A stretch of 63,023 nt of DNA, filler included, from Asterionella formosa (Eukaryota), in NCBI GenBank assembly GCA_002256025.1. It is 27 parts of 27 records of this genome, joined end to end, with 100 filler letters (N's around TTAATTAATTAA, not from the genome) between each part and the next. Parts side by side here need not be neighbours in the genome. Positions count along the whole stretch, not along the records: positions 1 to 17,018 come from NKIB01004620.1; 26 more parts are not named here. One strand, 5' to 3'. Every line of letters starts with the position of its first letter. The stretch's first letter is position 1. A program made the translations under genes and the position numbers. Below are positions 1-11,613 of this stretch, piece by piece. The notes under the pieces were generated by a model. It was not told the DNA's origin. It saw nothing but the letters and a program-made list of their open reading frames with translations, and did no database searches.

Positions 1-227
1 TAATTATGTGAAGTATTTCAAATAATTATGTGAACGTGATCACATAATATAGTGATGATCAGGAATGCATGCATGATACTTTGATCAAATATTTAACGTG
101 ATGTATTCAGATAATATATAGATATATTCAACTACGTATTTTGATGTATTCAACTAATTCATGTGATGCATTCAAAATCAACTAGGCTTATTTATGTGAT
201 GGTCACTTCACGTAATACGCGGCTTAG

Positions 228-365
228 ATGTGAGCTCCCTGGATATGGAACAGTATGGTACAATGCAAATGGAATCGCTAATATCAACAAGGCTACTGAG
301 TCACTTATGATAGCTTGGAAGAAAATGCTTTTCATGGCTACAAATCAGATGGAACTGTTCGAAAT
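228..365 (+). mobile_element. Degenerate Ty1/copia (CoDi-like) polyprotein remnant
   Basis: Reads ELPGYGTVWYNANGIANI, then in another frame GY*VTYDSLEENAFHGYKSDGTVR. This resembles the post-protease LPGYGTVWY..GIANILS..VTYDS motif of diatom copia elements. Confidence 0.6.
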
Positions 366-1287
366 TGAAGTAGAAAACCAACATGAAAATGAAGAAAGGC
401 AGCCAATGACTGGGGAAATAGAGGGGTGACCCAAAGCAAAAGTAAGCAAATCTTGCTGATGTTGCTTTATTTTCTCCTAACTCAAAATTGTTCCCTTTAT
501 CCGGCCAAAGTGATGAAAACAACCAATAATGAACGGTTCTACCAGTAATATCAATTAGGATTTCAAATATAGTGTGTCATCATAGGTAACAACTAGTGGT
601 ACCAGGGTACCCGATAGAACCACGTATTATGCCATACCACAGTAGAATGCATGCTGGTTGATGCTTGCACTTGCTGCTCTGGGAAACCGAAGTAGCAGTT
701 GTAAGCGCATGTTTTTAATTATTTAGCTTAGACTATTCAATATTTTCTGCAAATAATACCGATACCGGTCGTAGTTGATGGCCGAAACATCATGATTTGC
801 TTACGCCATTGCTTACGTCACCTGACGCCAACCAGATTGTCCATATTCTTTCACTTCGACACGTTACAAATGTGCTTTTATGTCACACTCTCGGAATTCC
901 GTACGCCTTAGGTACACATGCTAGTAGAGTGTATTGTGGAACGCATCACCACTGTGCAAGGGGTATTCTTCATTCGTGGCAGTCCTCGCCACTTGCTTGA
1001 TCGCTGAAATCTGCCTCCGACTCGTTGCACTCTGCGGCAAGCCTAATTTCCACCATCGGACTAACCGGTACGGTAATACACTTTGTTGCCTATCAAATAC
1101 AGGCAGTCTTATTAGAAACCCCGACCGTTGATCCCCATGGGGTCAAGAAATGTTGATTGACATCACTCACCAATCATTGGCACCTTGGAGTAGGCTGATT
1201 TGTCCAAGTGGTTCGATCTTTTATTAACCGAAACTAGACTGCCGAACTACCGATTGTAGCGGACTCTATCAAAGTATTGATCAAGCC

Positions 1288-2694
1288 ATGCTGGTTCAAG
1301 TACTATTCTCGTTTTGTCGAAGTCAAACTGCTTCGGCGTCTGCGCCTGGACTGTTCGCTCGGTCATGCCGTGCGCTGCATACAACGACGGTGCGAGACTT
1401 ACATTGCCAAGCAGCCCAACTGACAAACGCTAATAGCGAGAACCAGCAAGTACCGCTGAAGCGAGAGTACAACTCCCTCAATAATGAAACGCCCTACAAT
1501 CTCTGCTTTCTCCGACACGGACAAAGCACATGGAACCGAGACAATCGATTCATTGGATGGACAGATACGGTAAGCGTCTTGATGTTGAGAGAATTACGTG
1601 AAGGAGTGATTGTCATGCGAGTCACCTGCCTAGTTTTGCTTCTTGCATCCTCGTTGGAACAAGTGATACCCTCACATCAACCCCACCCCTTTTGCTTTCA
1701 ATTCAAGCCACTTACAGACGACGGGGTCTTGGAAGCCCGCGTAGCAGGTCAAATGCTTCAAAAATCGGGCATTCTCTTTGATGAAGTGCATACATCGTTG
1801 TTGCGTCGGAGCATCCGGACTGCTAATTTGGTTCTCATGGAAATGGGTCAAGAATACATTCCAGTGTACAAGAACTGGCGACTAAATGAACGAAGTTATG
1901 GAGATTTGGTGGGGAAAAACAAAAAACAGCTTGTGGAAATTCACGGGAAAGAGCAAGTGAAGCGGTGGAGGCGTAGTTATGATGAACCACCACCCGAAAT
2001 GACGGATGATCACCAATATCATCCTGCAAGAGATCCAAGGTATCGACTGGTATGTAGTTAGTTGTGTTCTTGAATACATGACGTTTGTGTGAAAAAAGGT
2101 GGTAATTTTGTCAATGAATTGCATGTGTTTATGGGCACTACAATACTAACGTTCTTGTTTTCGTGACAGATGCTTGACCAAATTCCGAAGACCGAATCTT
2201 TGAAATGCACCGTCGAACGCTCACGTATTTATTGGAACGAAACGATTGCTCCAGCCCTTCGACACGGAAAAACTGTCCTGATAGTTGGTCATGAAAACAA
2301 TTTAAGAAGTCTGTTAATGAAACTTGAGGGTATCGACAAGGAAGATATTATTAACCTCTCCCTTCCCAGAGCAGTCCCACTGGCCTATCGATTAGACAAG
2401 GACCTCAAACCCATTCCACGGAAAGACGGGACCAAGGACGAAGCCACAGGATTCTTAAATGGAACATGGTTGGGTGGAGACCAAGCGGTTAGAGAAATTT
2501 TGGATCGCGACCACAAGCAAGTATATGATACCAGCATTCGAAAGAATTTAGAAACGGACGATCCATCGAGAGACAATTGGAAAATGTGGATGGAAGCAGC
2601 CGTTGGGAAGCCATCGCCTGAACAGGGAGCGCAGAGCAACCCCGGGCACTGCCGGGCGGAACATGAATGGGAAAAGGAAAAGGTGGCGAGTTAG
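1288..2694 (+). CDS. PGAM: Cofactor-dependent phosphoglycerate mutase; exons 1288-1569, 1708-2049, 2170-2694; N-terminal presequence
   Basis: Motifs FLRHGQSTWN..NRFIGWTD/PL, TSLLRRSIRT, WRLNERSYGDLVGKNK, VKRWRRSYD.PPP, TESLK, GHENNLR. Introns GTAAGC..TTCAAG (1570-1707) and GTATGT..TACTAAC..GACAG (2050-2169) join the motifs in frame. Confidence 0.95.
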
Positions 2695-5651
2695 GAAAAT
2701 TGGAAGAAGGGCGAGCCAAGCAAGTGATTGTATCTTTAGTATAATGTGATGGGCATATTTTAATATCACCGTACTATTGTCGTGGTACAGTCGCTTACCT
2801 GGTGCTGCGATAAGCTCCCTGTTGTTCATACTGACAGGAGTAAGACTAGCAGTAGCTTTTCATCAACACCAGATAAGTGGTATAACTGGTCACAGGGATG
2901 AGGATATACAATACCGGAAAGTGGTGGAGTCTATTTATCTCTGCACTGCAGAATCATTTTCCAAAAATATATGTATACTTACTCAAAATCTAGTTGAAAA
3001 AGTTAGTTTTATTATTTAGTGACATATGTGAGAAAGATAGAAATGACATCAAAGAATGTTGAGAAAATAGCTGACACCTTAACTAACACAATAACAATAA
3101 TCGCAATTCCGTTCGACATCAAGAACAGGAAAAAGAACCCAACGAACACTCCTGCAAGACATACATGCTCCAAAGCGGGCTTGGCAATGCTCCATGGCAA
3201 ACTGACAATCAGAACCTCTGTCAAAACAAACCAATCTTTCGAAACCAATGAAGAAGCACTATTCACCAAATATCTATGAATCGCTTCAATGATTCTTGGC
3301 AATTGATTCCACCAATAGGTTATTTCCAATGGATTCCAACACTTATGACATAGATGTACATCATGCTGTAGCTACCAACAACATGACTCAGATACCATTG
3401 CCCAGAATGGCTATCCGAGTTGAGGCATTGAAGCTAAGAACATGGGTTACCAAATCTGACAACAACAACAACCTAAATATTTCCATAAGTTGGAATAAAC
3501 TAGTATGCAATTCATGCATGGTGGGTAATTAGTGCCAGCCAGGACACTGCTCACCAACCCTACAACATAGATAACAACTTGCTGCTTCTCATTGTCACTA
3601 TGATTAGGATATCAAAACAAATTGCAAATGGATCAGCATCTCATTTCAGTAGGACCTATGGAAAGGAGCAAACAGGCAAGCAAATGAAAAATCGAAGTAG
3701 ACAGCCACCATAAGAGTACAAATGAGCAAACAGTGATATGAGGGGAAGCAGAACAAGCTTAATGAGTGATTGGGGAACAACTCCTTTTGAATTTGAGTGA
3801 TGGTGAGGACAGTATGTTTGTCTGCAATCACTGTGAGAAGTGTAAGAAGCAAGGAGAAGGCTCATTCAACCCAAGGCATTGTCTTGCTATCATGCTGCAG
3901 GAATCAAAGAACAAGCAAAGGTGGTAGCAAAGTGTAAGGATGGTGAAAAGGCGGATAGCAGGTTGAAAGTTAGAAATGATTTCTAATTATAGTAAAATTA
4001 CAGCATTTATGATACGTTCTATTAGCAGATGGTATGAATTTCAAGTGTAAAGACCAAAACATGATGTGCCTGCCCTGGCACATGAATCCTATCTGCACAT
4101 AACAAGTTCTCCATGTGTATAACAGCTTGGTATACATAAGAAAATTTGATTGCGCACTGCTATAGTAGGGGGTCAATGAATTATCATTTCTGTCTTGAAC
4201 ATGGTGAACTGATTAGACTCAATATCTCCACGAAAATTGACAATGAATAATTCCTATTTTGTATGTATGTTTAGCCTAATATAATCATTTCTTCCCAGAA
4301 AGAGTGATCTGTAATTCATACTTTTGATTCCTATATCCTACACATATGATCAAAGCATTGTTTCGGCACTTTTTTGGTCTCCCCATGCCCGGAACCACAC
4401 CCAGGCTTAGAGAGAGGTCCCACGAGTAATCATGATAGTGAATACTCGGATGGGAGTGGGGTAGGGAACAAAAATCCAGTGCATGCCACCCCTAGCATCA
4501 AGAAACCTGTTTTACCATTTGATAAAACAGCGTCAATTATATTTAAGAAAAAAATTATCTAATTATTATATGATTTGTACCATATGAGAACTGTTTAATG
4601 ACTCTGGCTAATTGAGGGGCTTTCAGTAATCAAATCATTGACTTGTACTGAAGCAAGTGATACCCAAACTATTACAAATATTTCTCCAAAATCGTATTCA
4701 GCAGGCACAATATCTTGTGGAACATTGTTGATCTCCATATTTTTGCAATTGCTCTTCTGAGATTTTACAAACACTCTCGCCGCCCCCCCAAGTCTACCCA
4801 TTTTGGCCCGCAGTGATGACAGCTCCTGGCCCCCCTAAATTTTTTTCGTTTATCAAAAAGCTTCCACCCATGCGTTGATGTAGGTGGTTACTTTGTAACA
4901 GATCCATCAGATGCCAAAACTACTATTTCATTGAGAAAGTTCTCTTTGAAAGAGGTGAGATTGGACGAAAGCGATAAGATTGGACGGAAATGTGGTGTCA
5001 CCCATTGATTTTTGTAGAAATGATTTCTTTGCTATAAGTCTACTAACTCCCTGAAGGTGCTGTGAAAAGTCTGAATTCCCTCTGATATCCTGGTGGCGAT
5101 GATGTGTGTTAGCCGGCGGATATCCTGTTATCTCATAAAAAGTAGCTATTGTTTTATGAATTGACACAGGAATTAACCCAACTGCATCTAGTTTACAGCA
5201 CTTTTTCGAATTTAAGTCTAAAGTGACGTATTCATGCTACTTTTTTAAAAACTTATGGTACTTTTCTAAAATATTATGTTATTTTTTCCGTAATTTATTC
5301 GGGTTGAACAAAATTTATTTTACTTCTCGAATAATTATGTGTGTTTGTGACAATATATGTTGTCCAACTAGCCATCGCGACAGTATAAAAGCGAAATTAT
5401 GTTGTTTTCATCATATAATGATGAAAGAGCCGCCAATTCCAATTCAGTTATTTTTTCCGCTCCGACATATTTTTTTGATCTGAACTGGCAAAGAATAACA
5501 CATGCAAGAGGAAGATTCACACAGTAGAATTCAGCACATGTAGTAGTAGTTGCTGTTACAGATACATTGTTTAGTCATTGTTGATTATAGAGTTTCCAGC
5601 AGCCTGCCAGATTAGAAATAAAGCACGATCGGTCCTCGTTGAGCATCGTTG

Positions 5652-6378
5652 AGCCTTGCAAGTCGCTGAAGTGAGTCGAAATTGAGATGTGCCGCAATGG
5701 CCTTCTCCGGTTTGGAGCAGCTAGAATTTGTCTACAGCAATAACTCTAGCAAGTACAATGTAGAAAAAGAAGCTACGGATGAGCAGCTGTCAATGATTGA
5801 ATTCGTAAAATCGTTTAGAAACAGCTGTTGCATATTTTAACCTTGCATGTCGCCATAGTGAGTCGAAATTGAGATGTGCCTAAATGGCCTTCTCCATTCG
5901 ATGCAACTACAAATAGTCTACATCGATAACTCTGGCAAGTGCAATATAGAAAAAGAAGCAAACGAGGATGAGTAGCTGTCAAAGATTGAATTCGTAAAAT
6001 TGTTTAGGAACAGCTGTTGCATATTTTAACATTCAATGCATGTCCCTGTGATGAGTCGAAATTGAGATGTTCCGCAATTGCCTTCTCCTAATTGGAGCAG
6101 CTAGCAATATTCTGAAGCGATAAATCCAGCAAGTACAATATAGAAAAAAAAGCAAACGATGAGCAGCTGTCATCGATTGAATTCGTAAAATCGTTTTGAA
6201 ACAGCTGTTGCATATTTTAACCTTGCATGTCGTCGTAGTGAGTCCAAATTGAGATGTTCCGCAATGGCCTTCTCCGTTTCAACGCAGCTACAAATAGTCT
6301 ACATCGATAACTCTAGCTAGTATAATATAGAGAAAGAAGCAAAGGATGAGCAGCTGTCAACAATTCAAATCGTAAATC
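5652..6378. repeat. Tandem repeat, 4 copies of a ~187-193 bp unit
   Basis: GAGTC(G/C)AAATTGAGATGT recurs at 5673, 5860, 6053 and 6240, with shared GATGAG(C/T)AGCTGTCA and CAGCTGTTGCATATTTTAAC blocks. Confidence 0.95.
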
Positions 6379-6621
6379 AGTAATAATTTTGGTTCCTAGT
6401 TCACATTTTTCCTTGGTCCGGATAAATGCAAAGAATCAGGTTCAGTCCATGGGAACGAATTTCATTTGCGGGCATGCATAATCTCGGTTAGCTGAATCTT
6501 TTCCATATATAACCTGTAGAGCTTTGCAAATGTCATCATAATCCTCCTTTTGGAATCTAATCAAATTGACTGAAACTGATTCTTGCTCAGTTGCTCCATG
6601 AATCTTTGACCAGCTTACTTT

Positions 6622-7884
6622 TCATTTAATGATCCTGCCGTGGATGTGTCCTTTTTGTTTATTCGAAATGTGATTTGTGAGTAGTTTGCAATACTCATGG
6701 GCCAATGAGCCATACAATGCTCCTGCGATGACAGTTTGGTTTAGGCCGAAAAACGATTCAGTTACTGTTAGGGAGGGATATTTTGCAAGTAATTTCTTCA
6801 CTGTCAAGGATTGCAAAATTTCGTCCATGCTTTTACGCTGTATTTTCAGTATTCCAAAAAAGTTCGATACATTCATGTTTCCCTTGTGTACATTTTTCCG
6901 AATTTCCCAAGTGTCAATTGCTTGAGGTAATGTGCCATTAAATCGTGAAATAATTGGCATGTCCTCAGCCTGTTCTTGTGGTAGTATCTTCATTTTTGGG
7001 GTTGACTTCAGGAGTGCCTTTAGTGTAGCCCGTACTATGGTCATGATTGTCTCATCGGTGAAGTGATGGTCTTGAGTGATCCGAAAATCTAGATAGTAAG
7101 TCAAGTATTCCTTCTGTCTGGGTTTACATTTATCTTCTGATGCTGTATCGGTCGTGTCCATGAAATTTATCTGATTTGTTTGTTCTTGTTGTCTGTTTGT
7201 CTGATTTGTCTTCGCTGTAGATGGTATGTCTGGGTCTGTGCCTACCATGGCCTTGTTGATTTCAAGCAATTGTTGTTTTGCAGTTGAAGCGGCTTTGCCG
7301 AGGGGGTGTAGGATTGTCGGAAAGCACAGCTGTTGTTGTTCCTTATTTGTATTTCTAGCCGCCTTATGTGCACCATTTGCAAGGGGTGTGTCAAGTGATG
7401 TATGATGGAGCGTAGGTAAGGGAATGCGGACTCTAGTGACCACACTTTTCTGCGGAGGTGTGCTGGGCGCGGAGCTATCCATATGCAACAATGATCCAAA
7501 TGAAGTTGTAGGAGAGTGTGGCTGCTTCATAGTGACGTTTTTCCCAATTGCTGCTGTCGGCAATGCCGATGGTGAGCCTTTGCTCTTTTTCTTGGCTGAT
7601 TTCGAAGGGACCCATTTCCACTGTGCCGAACCCTTTGCTTGTGGAGTGGGATCATCAAGAGAAATGTTTAAGAATAGTGCTTCATCGTCTGGTAAGAATG
7701 GGATGCTGTCATTCGCTTTGCTATCATTTGGGTCTTCCCTGGGAGAGTGGTTGTTCTGCATGTTCATGACATTGTTTTGATGCATATTTGGGATTGATGA
7801 GATTGCTCTGGTGGTGTTGTCGTTGCCAATAGTTGGGAAGGTGAATGCGTTGATGGTAGCATGGGAAGGAGGAGAGCCCACCAT
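6622..7884 (-). mobile_element. 420-aa ORF, probable ORF1 of a non-LTR retrotransposon; 3' part frameshifted and truncated
   Basis: Intronless ORF with a low-complexity N-terminal half and a globular region (YYLDFRIT..IVRATLKALLKSTPKMKILP). A shifted frame continues to ~6400 (FQKEDYDDICKALQVIYG..PQMKFVP). The family call rests on general resemblance only. Confidence 0.4.
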
Positions 7885-8389
7885 GGTGAAGAGGTGGATC
7901 CACTCATGAAGGGATACGTAGACACCCTGTAGGTGGCTGGTACTGAATATATTAAGAATTTACTAAAGACAAGTTTTCCAAACTTAGCAAAAATCTATTC
8001 ACGAGTCATAATATACACACCCTACCATTATTCTTTTCCTGTTTCCCAATGCTAGCTAGCAAGCAACTTTTACCGAAACTTGCACAAAGATTGCAAATAT
8101 AGCTGTTGCTCCTCCAACACCTCTGCAACCACAAGTCCAAATCAATACAGAAACCAGCACTGCCTCTAAATGCCTTCAGGCATTGGTTTCTGCTCCTCCA
8201 GGCCCAATCTGAATATTTCTGAAATTTTGTCATTGCAACGACAAAAAAGTGTGAGTTGACAATTGTTAATGAAAATGCATTGACAAATTTTCACACAATA
8301 TTTCCGCTGACCCATTTTCTTTTTCACTTTTTATTCTACTCCCTGCTTGTCATTTTCACGTCTTTCCTTTCGATTTCCGTTTCATACTT

Positions 8390-10826
8390 TACAAATACTG
8401 CTAAGCGCAAAGTGCAAGATGATAACCGGCGTGCTGCATTGGCAATGTGTGCACTAGAAAGGAAAAAGAAGCTTGGGTATGTTGTTGATTGGTGTGTGCT
8501 TCCGCCCATGCTGGCTGACCGAATTGTCGATTTCATCCTAACAAACTATTCAATTCATTACATTCTTCAGCTTATTGGAACGGAATGAGGTTGTTGCAAA
8601 TGCTGCAAGTATTCCCGAAGCAGCAATTGATTGGAAAGAAGAAATAGAAAGGTGCGTTTGTTGTTGATTGTTACATAATTGTGCTTCCATTTTGATTCAT
8701 CTATCATTGATGATGCGATCACTCACAGTCGCATTGTTTCCTTTCCGGTCATTGTCAGCTTTAAAGAACCTTCTAAAAGCAATGTTTCTACAGTTGTGAA
8801 CTCATCCAATGTTGTAGAAACACCCAATTCTGACATTGATAGACCCAGCTCTGTTGATTGTCGTGAATCTGATGATTGCAACAGTACTACTAGCACATCT
8901 GATTCCGATTCAAGGTACTTGTTACCTGCTTCCATCATTGCTCCTCATGCTCATCGTAATGATTCCCGGATTCCAATGTCTCACTCAACTGCTGAAGACT
9001 ATGCCAATGCAATTCGACCCAACAATAATGTTTTCGGATCAACAAAACAAACAAATTCTATTAGAAACCTGTCGCATAACACAATCAAATACACCAAGTC
9101 ACTTACCATCATTGAATCAAGGTTTTTTGAATCCCTTGTCAAGAATGAAACCTTGAGCTTGCTTGCTTGCTTCTTTCGACAATGATCCTGACAATAGCAA
9201 CCAACCAATCCGTCGATTCTATCTAATCTGTCGTGGGCTAAGACGCAACGCCACCAAAGACATCATCAACACTGCTGTACTTTGGTTTGCAACCAAATTC
9301 TTCAAGAAAAAATCGCCCCACATTCTCGAAAGTGCTTCTGACGAAGCCATTGCAATGGCAATGTACCAACCGATCACTGCCCAAACCAAGCTGAAAGACC
9401 TCTTCCGATGCTTCTCCCGCCAAGGCATACCATATTCCCTGTCGAAGGATTTCAATGGTGAGGGTGAGATTCAAGCATTCTTTAAAAAAATATGGCAATT
9501 GCTGCCAAGCACCGGCCGTTGGAATATGGCCACAAGCCCATGGCGTCACAGTTTGATCAAGACAAGGACAGGAAGCTACGAACACTCCAAATGCAGCCTT
9601 ACCTTAATTATGATGATTGCCTCAAGTCCATGGTATGGAAAATGAGCAAAGCGTTTGGTGTCAGAGGGTTGATAGAAATGTGCGACTTGACATTCAATAA
9701 GGTGACAGTTGGTTTGATGGACGGATTACAAACTGTCGTGATACATCCAAGTGAATTCGAAAAAAATAATGTCCTGACGTTGCAAAATACTGAGCGGAAG
9801 TACCAAGGTCTACAAGAACGAACTATGATCGAGGATACAGGCAACCCTACATGCATAGTGAAACTAATACATCACTACCGGGATAACCTCTGTTTGCCCG
9901 AGATGGTAACTAGCAACCAACCGTTTTTTCGGCGACGCGCTCCTGAGAAGGAACTCAAGGTATGTAAATTATGTGTGTAATCCCTTGTACATACCGGTGA
10001 TTCATTATACCTGGTGCCAAATTTGTACTGGTGATTTGTTGTGCATACTATGGACTAACTCATGTGCGTCTTTTTCTACATGGCTCCTCGTATATCTATC
10101 ACTAAGAACCGATGCAAGCTAGGGCTAACATACGAGGCAGGACACAAGAAGGGAGACTGTTTTGATAAAGGCTATGCTACAAGACTATGTGTCGACCTAG
10201 CAACAGCTGCAGGCATGGATAATGCTGCTTGTTGACCTGCCCATGGGAGGAGGAAGAGTATGATCTCTTCCCTTGTCAACTCTAGTGTTTCCTTACCTAC
10301 AAAAATAATTCTCGACAAATCCAGGCATGGATCAGCTGAAATCAATGCCAGATACCAGCTGCCATCAAAGGAAATGCAGCATCAAGCAAGGCTAGCAGTT
10401 TTTGCAAAATTTGAAGACAATGAGGACCAGCATAAAACTCCCAAGAAATATTCTTCCGACCTTGCAGTTGTTCCTCCTGATGTCAAGAAATCGGCTGCAA
10501 TTTCCATTCCCATTGATGATCCTATTGTTGATTGTAAAGTTGTTTTGTTGCCCTCCTCTACCAACCCAAATCCTCATGCTCATCCTCCAGGAGCTCCCAT
10601 CCACTACTACTCCCACCATCTGCTTCAAACTCCTCAACACATATACAGTTCTGGTCCGCCGCCTCCAGCACAACATGCAATCTACCATCCCGGCCCTCCT
10701 CCCCCACCAAACAATGTTGTTTATTCCTATCAGCAGCCATATTTTCATCCTCCACCGGCACCACCACCACCACAACAAATTTACTACTCCCATGCTCCTC
10801 CTCCTGTTCCTCCTCCTCATGGATGA
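8390..10826 (+). pseudogene. Intron-containing tyrosine recombinase gene (Crypton-like, DUF3504-type), decayed
   Basis: Introns 8477-8570, 8652-8758 and 9960-10106 (GT..AG with CTAAC/CTCAC branch points) keep frame. Catalytic motifs in order: FGVRGLIE (R), FEKNN (K, tentative), PTCIVKLIHHY, PAHGRRK (HxxR), KSRHGS..INARYQ (H, Y). Frameshifts near 9170 and 9490 and an in-frame TGA at 10233-10235. Pro/His/Tyr-rich tail. Start codon not identified. Confidence 0.82.
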
Positions 10827-11304
10827 TACTATCATATGCTGCCTCCGGCCAGCAGTCAACCAGCACCAGTCTACTACCACCACCAGCCAACTCCATCACC
10901 AGCATCCACCCATCCACCACAACATCACCAACTTCCAGAGGCATATACAATTACCCCAGCTCCTCCTTTGTATTGAAAAATTCATTTTCTGCCTGTGATG
11001 ACATGACGGAAAAACTGAGTGTAAGTTTTTTGTGACATTGAAGTTAAACATATTTTTTGTTGACGATCTTCTCACCCAATCTATATTCCTTTCCTTCTCT
11101 CTTTTTTGCTCTCTCCCTACTTGAATAATCATCTCGTTGCTTCCCTTGTTGTTGATGAATCATACTTTGGTTGCCAAAAACACATGATGCGCAATTTTTG
11201 ACATCCGCATGTCACAATCATTTTTGCGTGATTTTTTCAATGGTCCGAAATTTTCTCTTCTCCATGATGTTCTTTGACCAATTGAAAAAACCAACATTTA
11301 CCAT

Positions 11305-11459
11305 TATTCTGGTTGTCATTCTAAAATCGGCAATTTTATTGCCGAAAAATTCGATGTGCCCCATATTGCCCTTAAATAAAAATTACTTAAGAAATTACTT
11401 AGAGCCTAAAAATTACTTAGAAGTACCCGAATGGCAAGACGATAGCTGGAGCGGGAATT
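11305..11459 (+). repeat. Right-arm copy of the element family at 14508-15291
   Basis: Near-identical to 15159-15283 (TATTCTGGTTGTCAT..TCGGCAATTTTATTGCCGA..GACGATAGCTGGAGCGGGAATT). It has extra AAATTACTTA duplications and lacks the terminal GCTCAAGG. Confidence 0.92.
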
Positions 11460-11613
11460 ATAATTCTAAATATGCACATGTAGTGGAAGACTGATGATGA
11501 ACAGGATGACCTTCGTGCATATAAGATTCGTAAATGACAGCACGAGAATGAAATAATTTATCGTCCATATATTCTGTTCTCTCTTCGTCTTCAAGACCGT
11601 TCACAACAAGATC

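Noticed and set aside
2777..5500. Short ORFs between PGAM and the satellite (also 15800-17000 and 23300-27400)
   Set aside because: No recognisable motifs or consistent splice structure; probably decayed repeats or chance ORFs.
10233..10235. TGA read-through or selenocysteine in the recombinase
   Set aside because: The same gene has two frameshifts, so ordinary decay is simpler. Intact genes here use the standard code.
10392..10998. Overlapping ORFs 10392-10883, 10402-10998 and 10558-10950
   Set aside because: By-products of the low-complexity CCA/CCT-rich tail of the recombinase.
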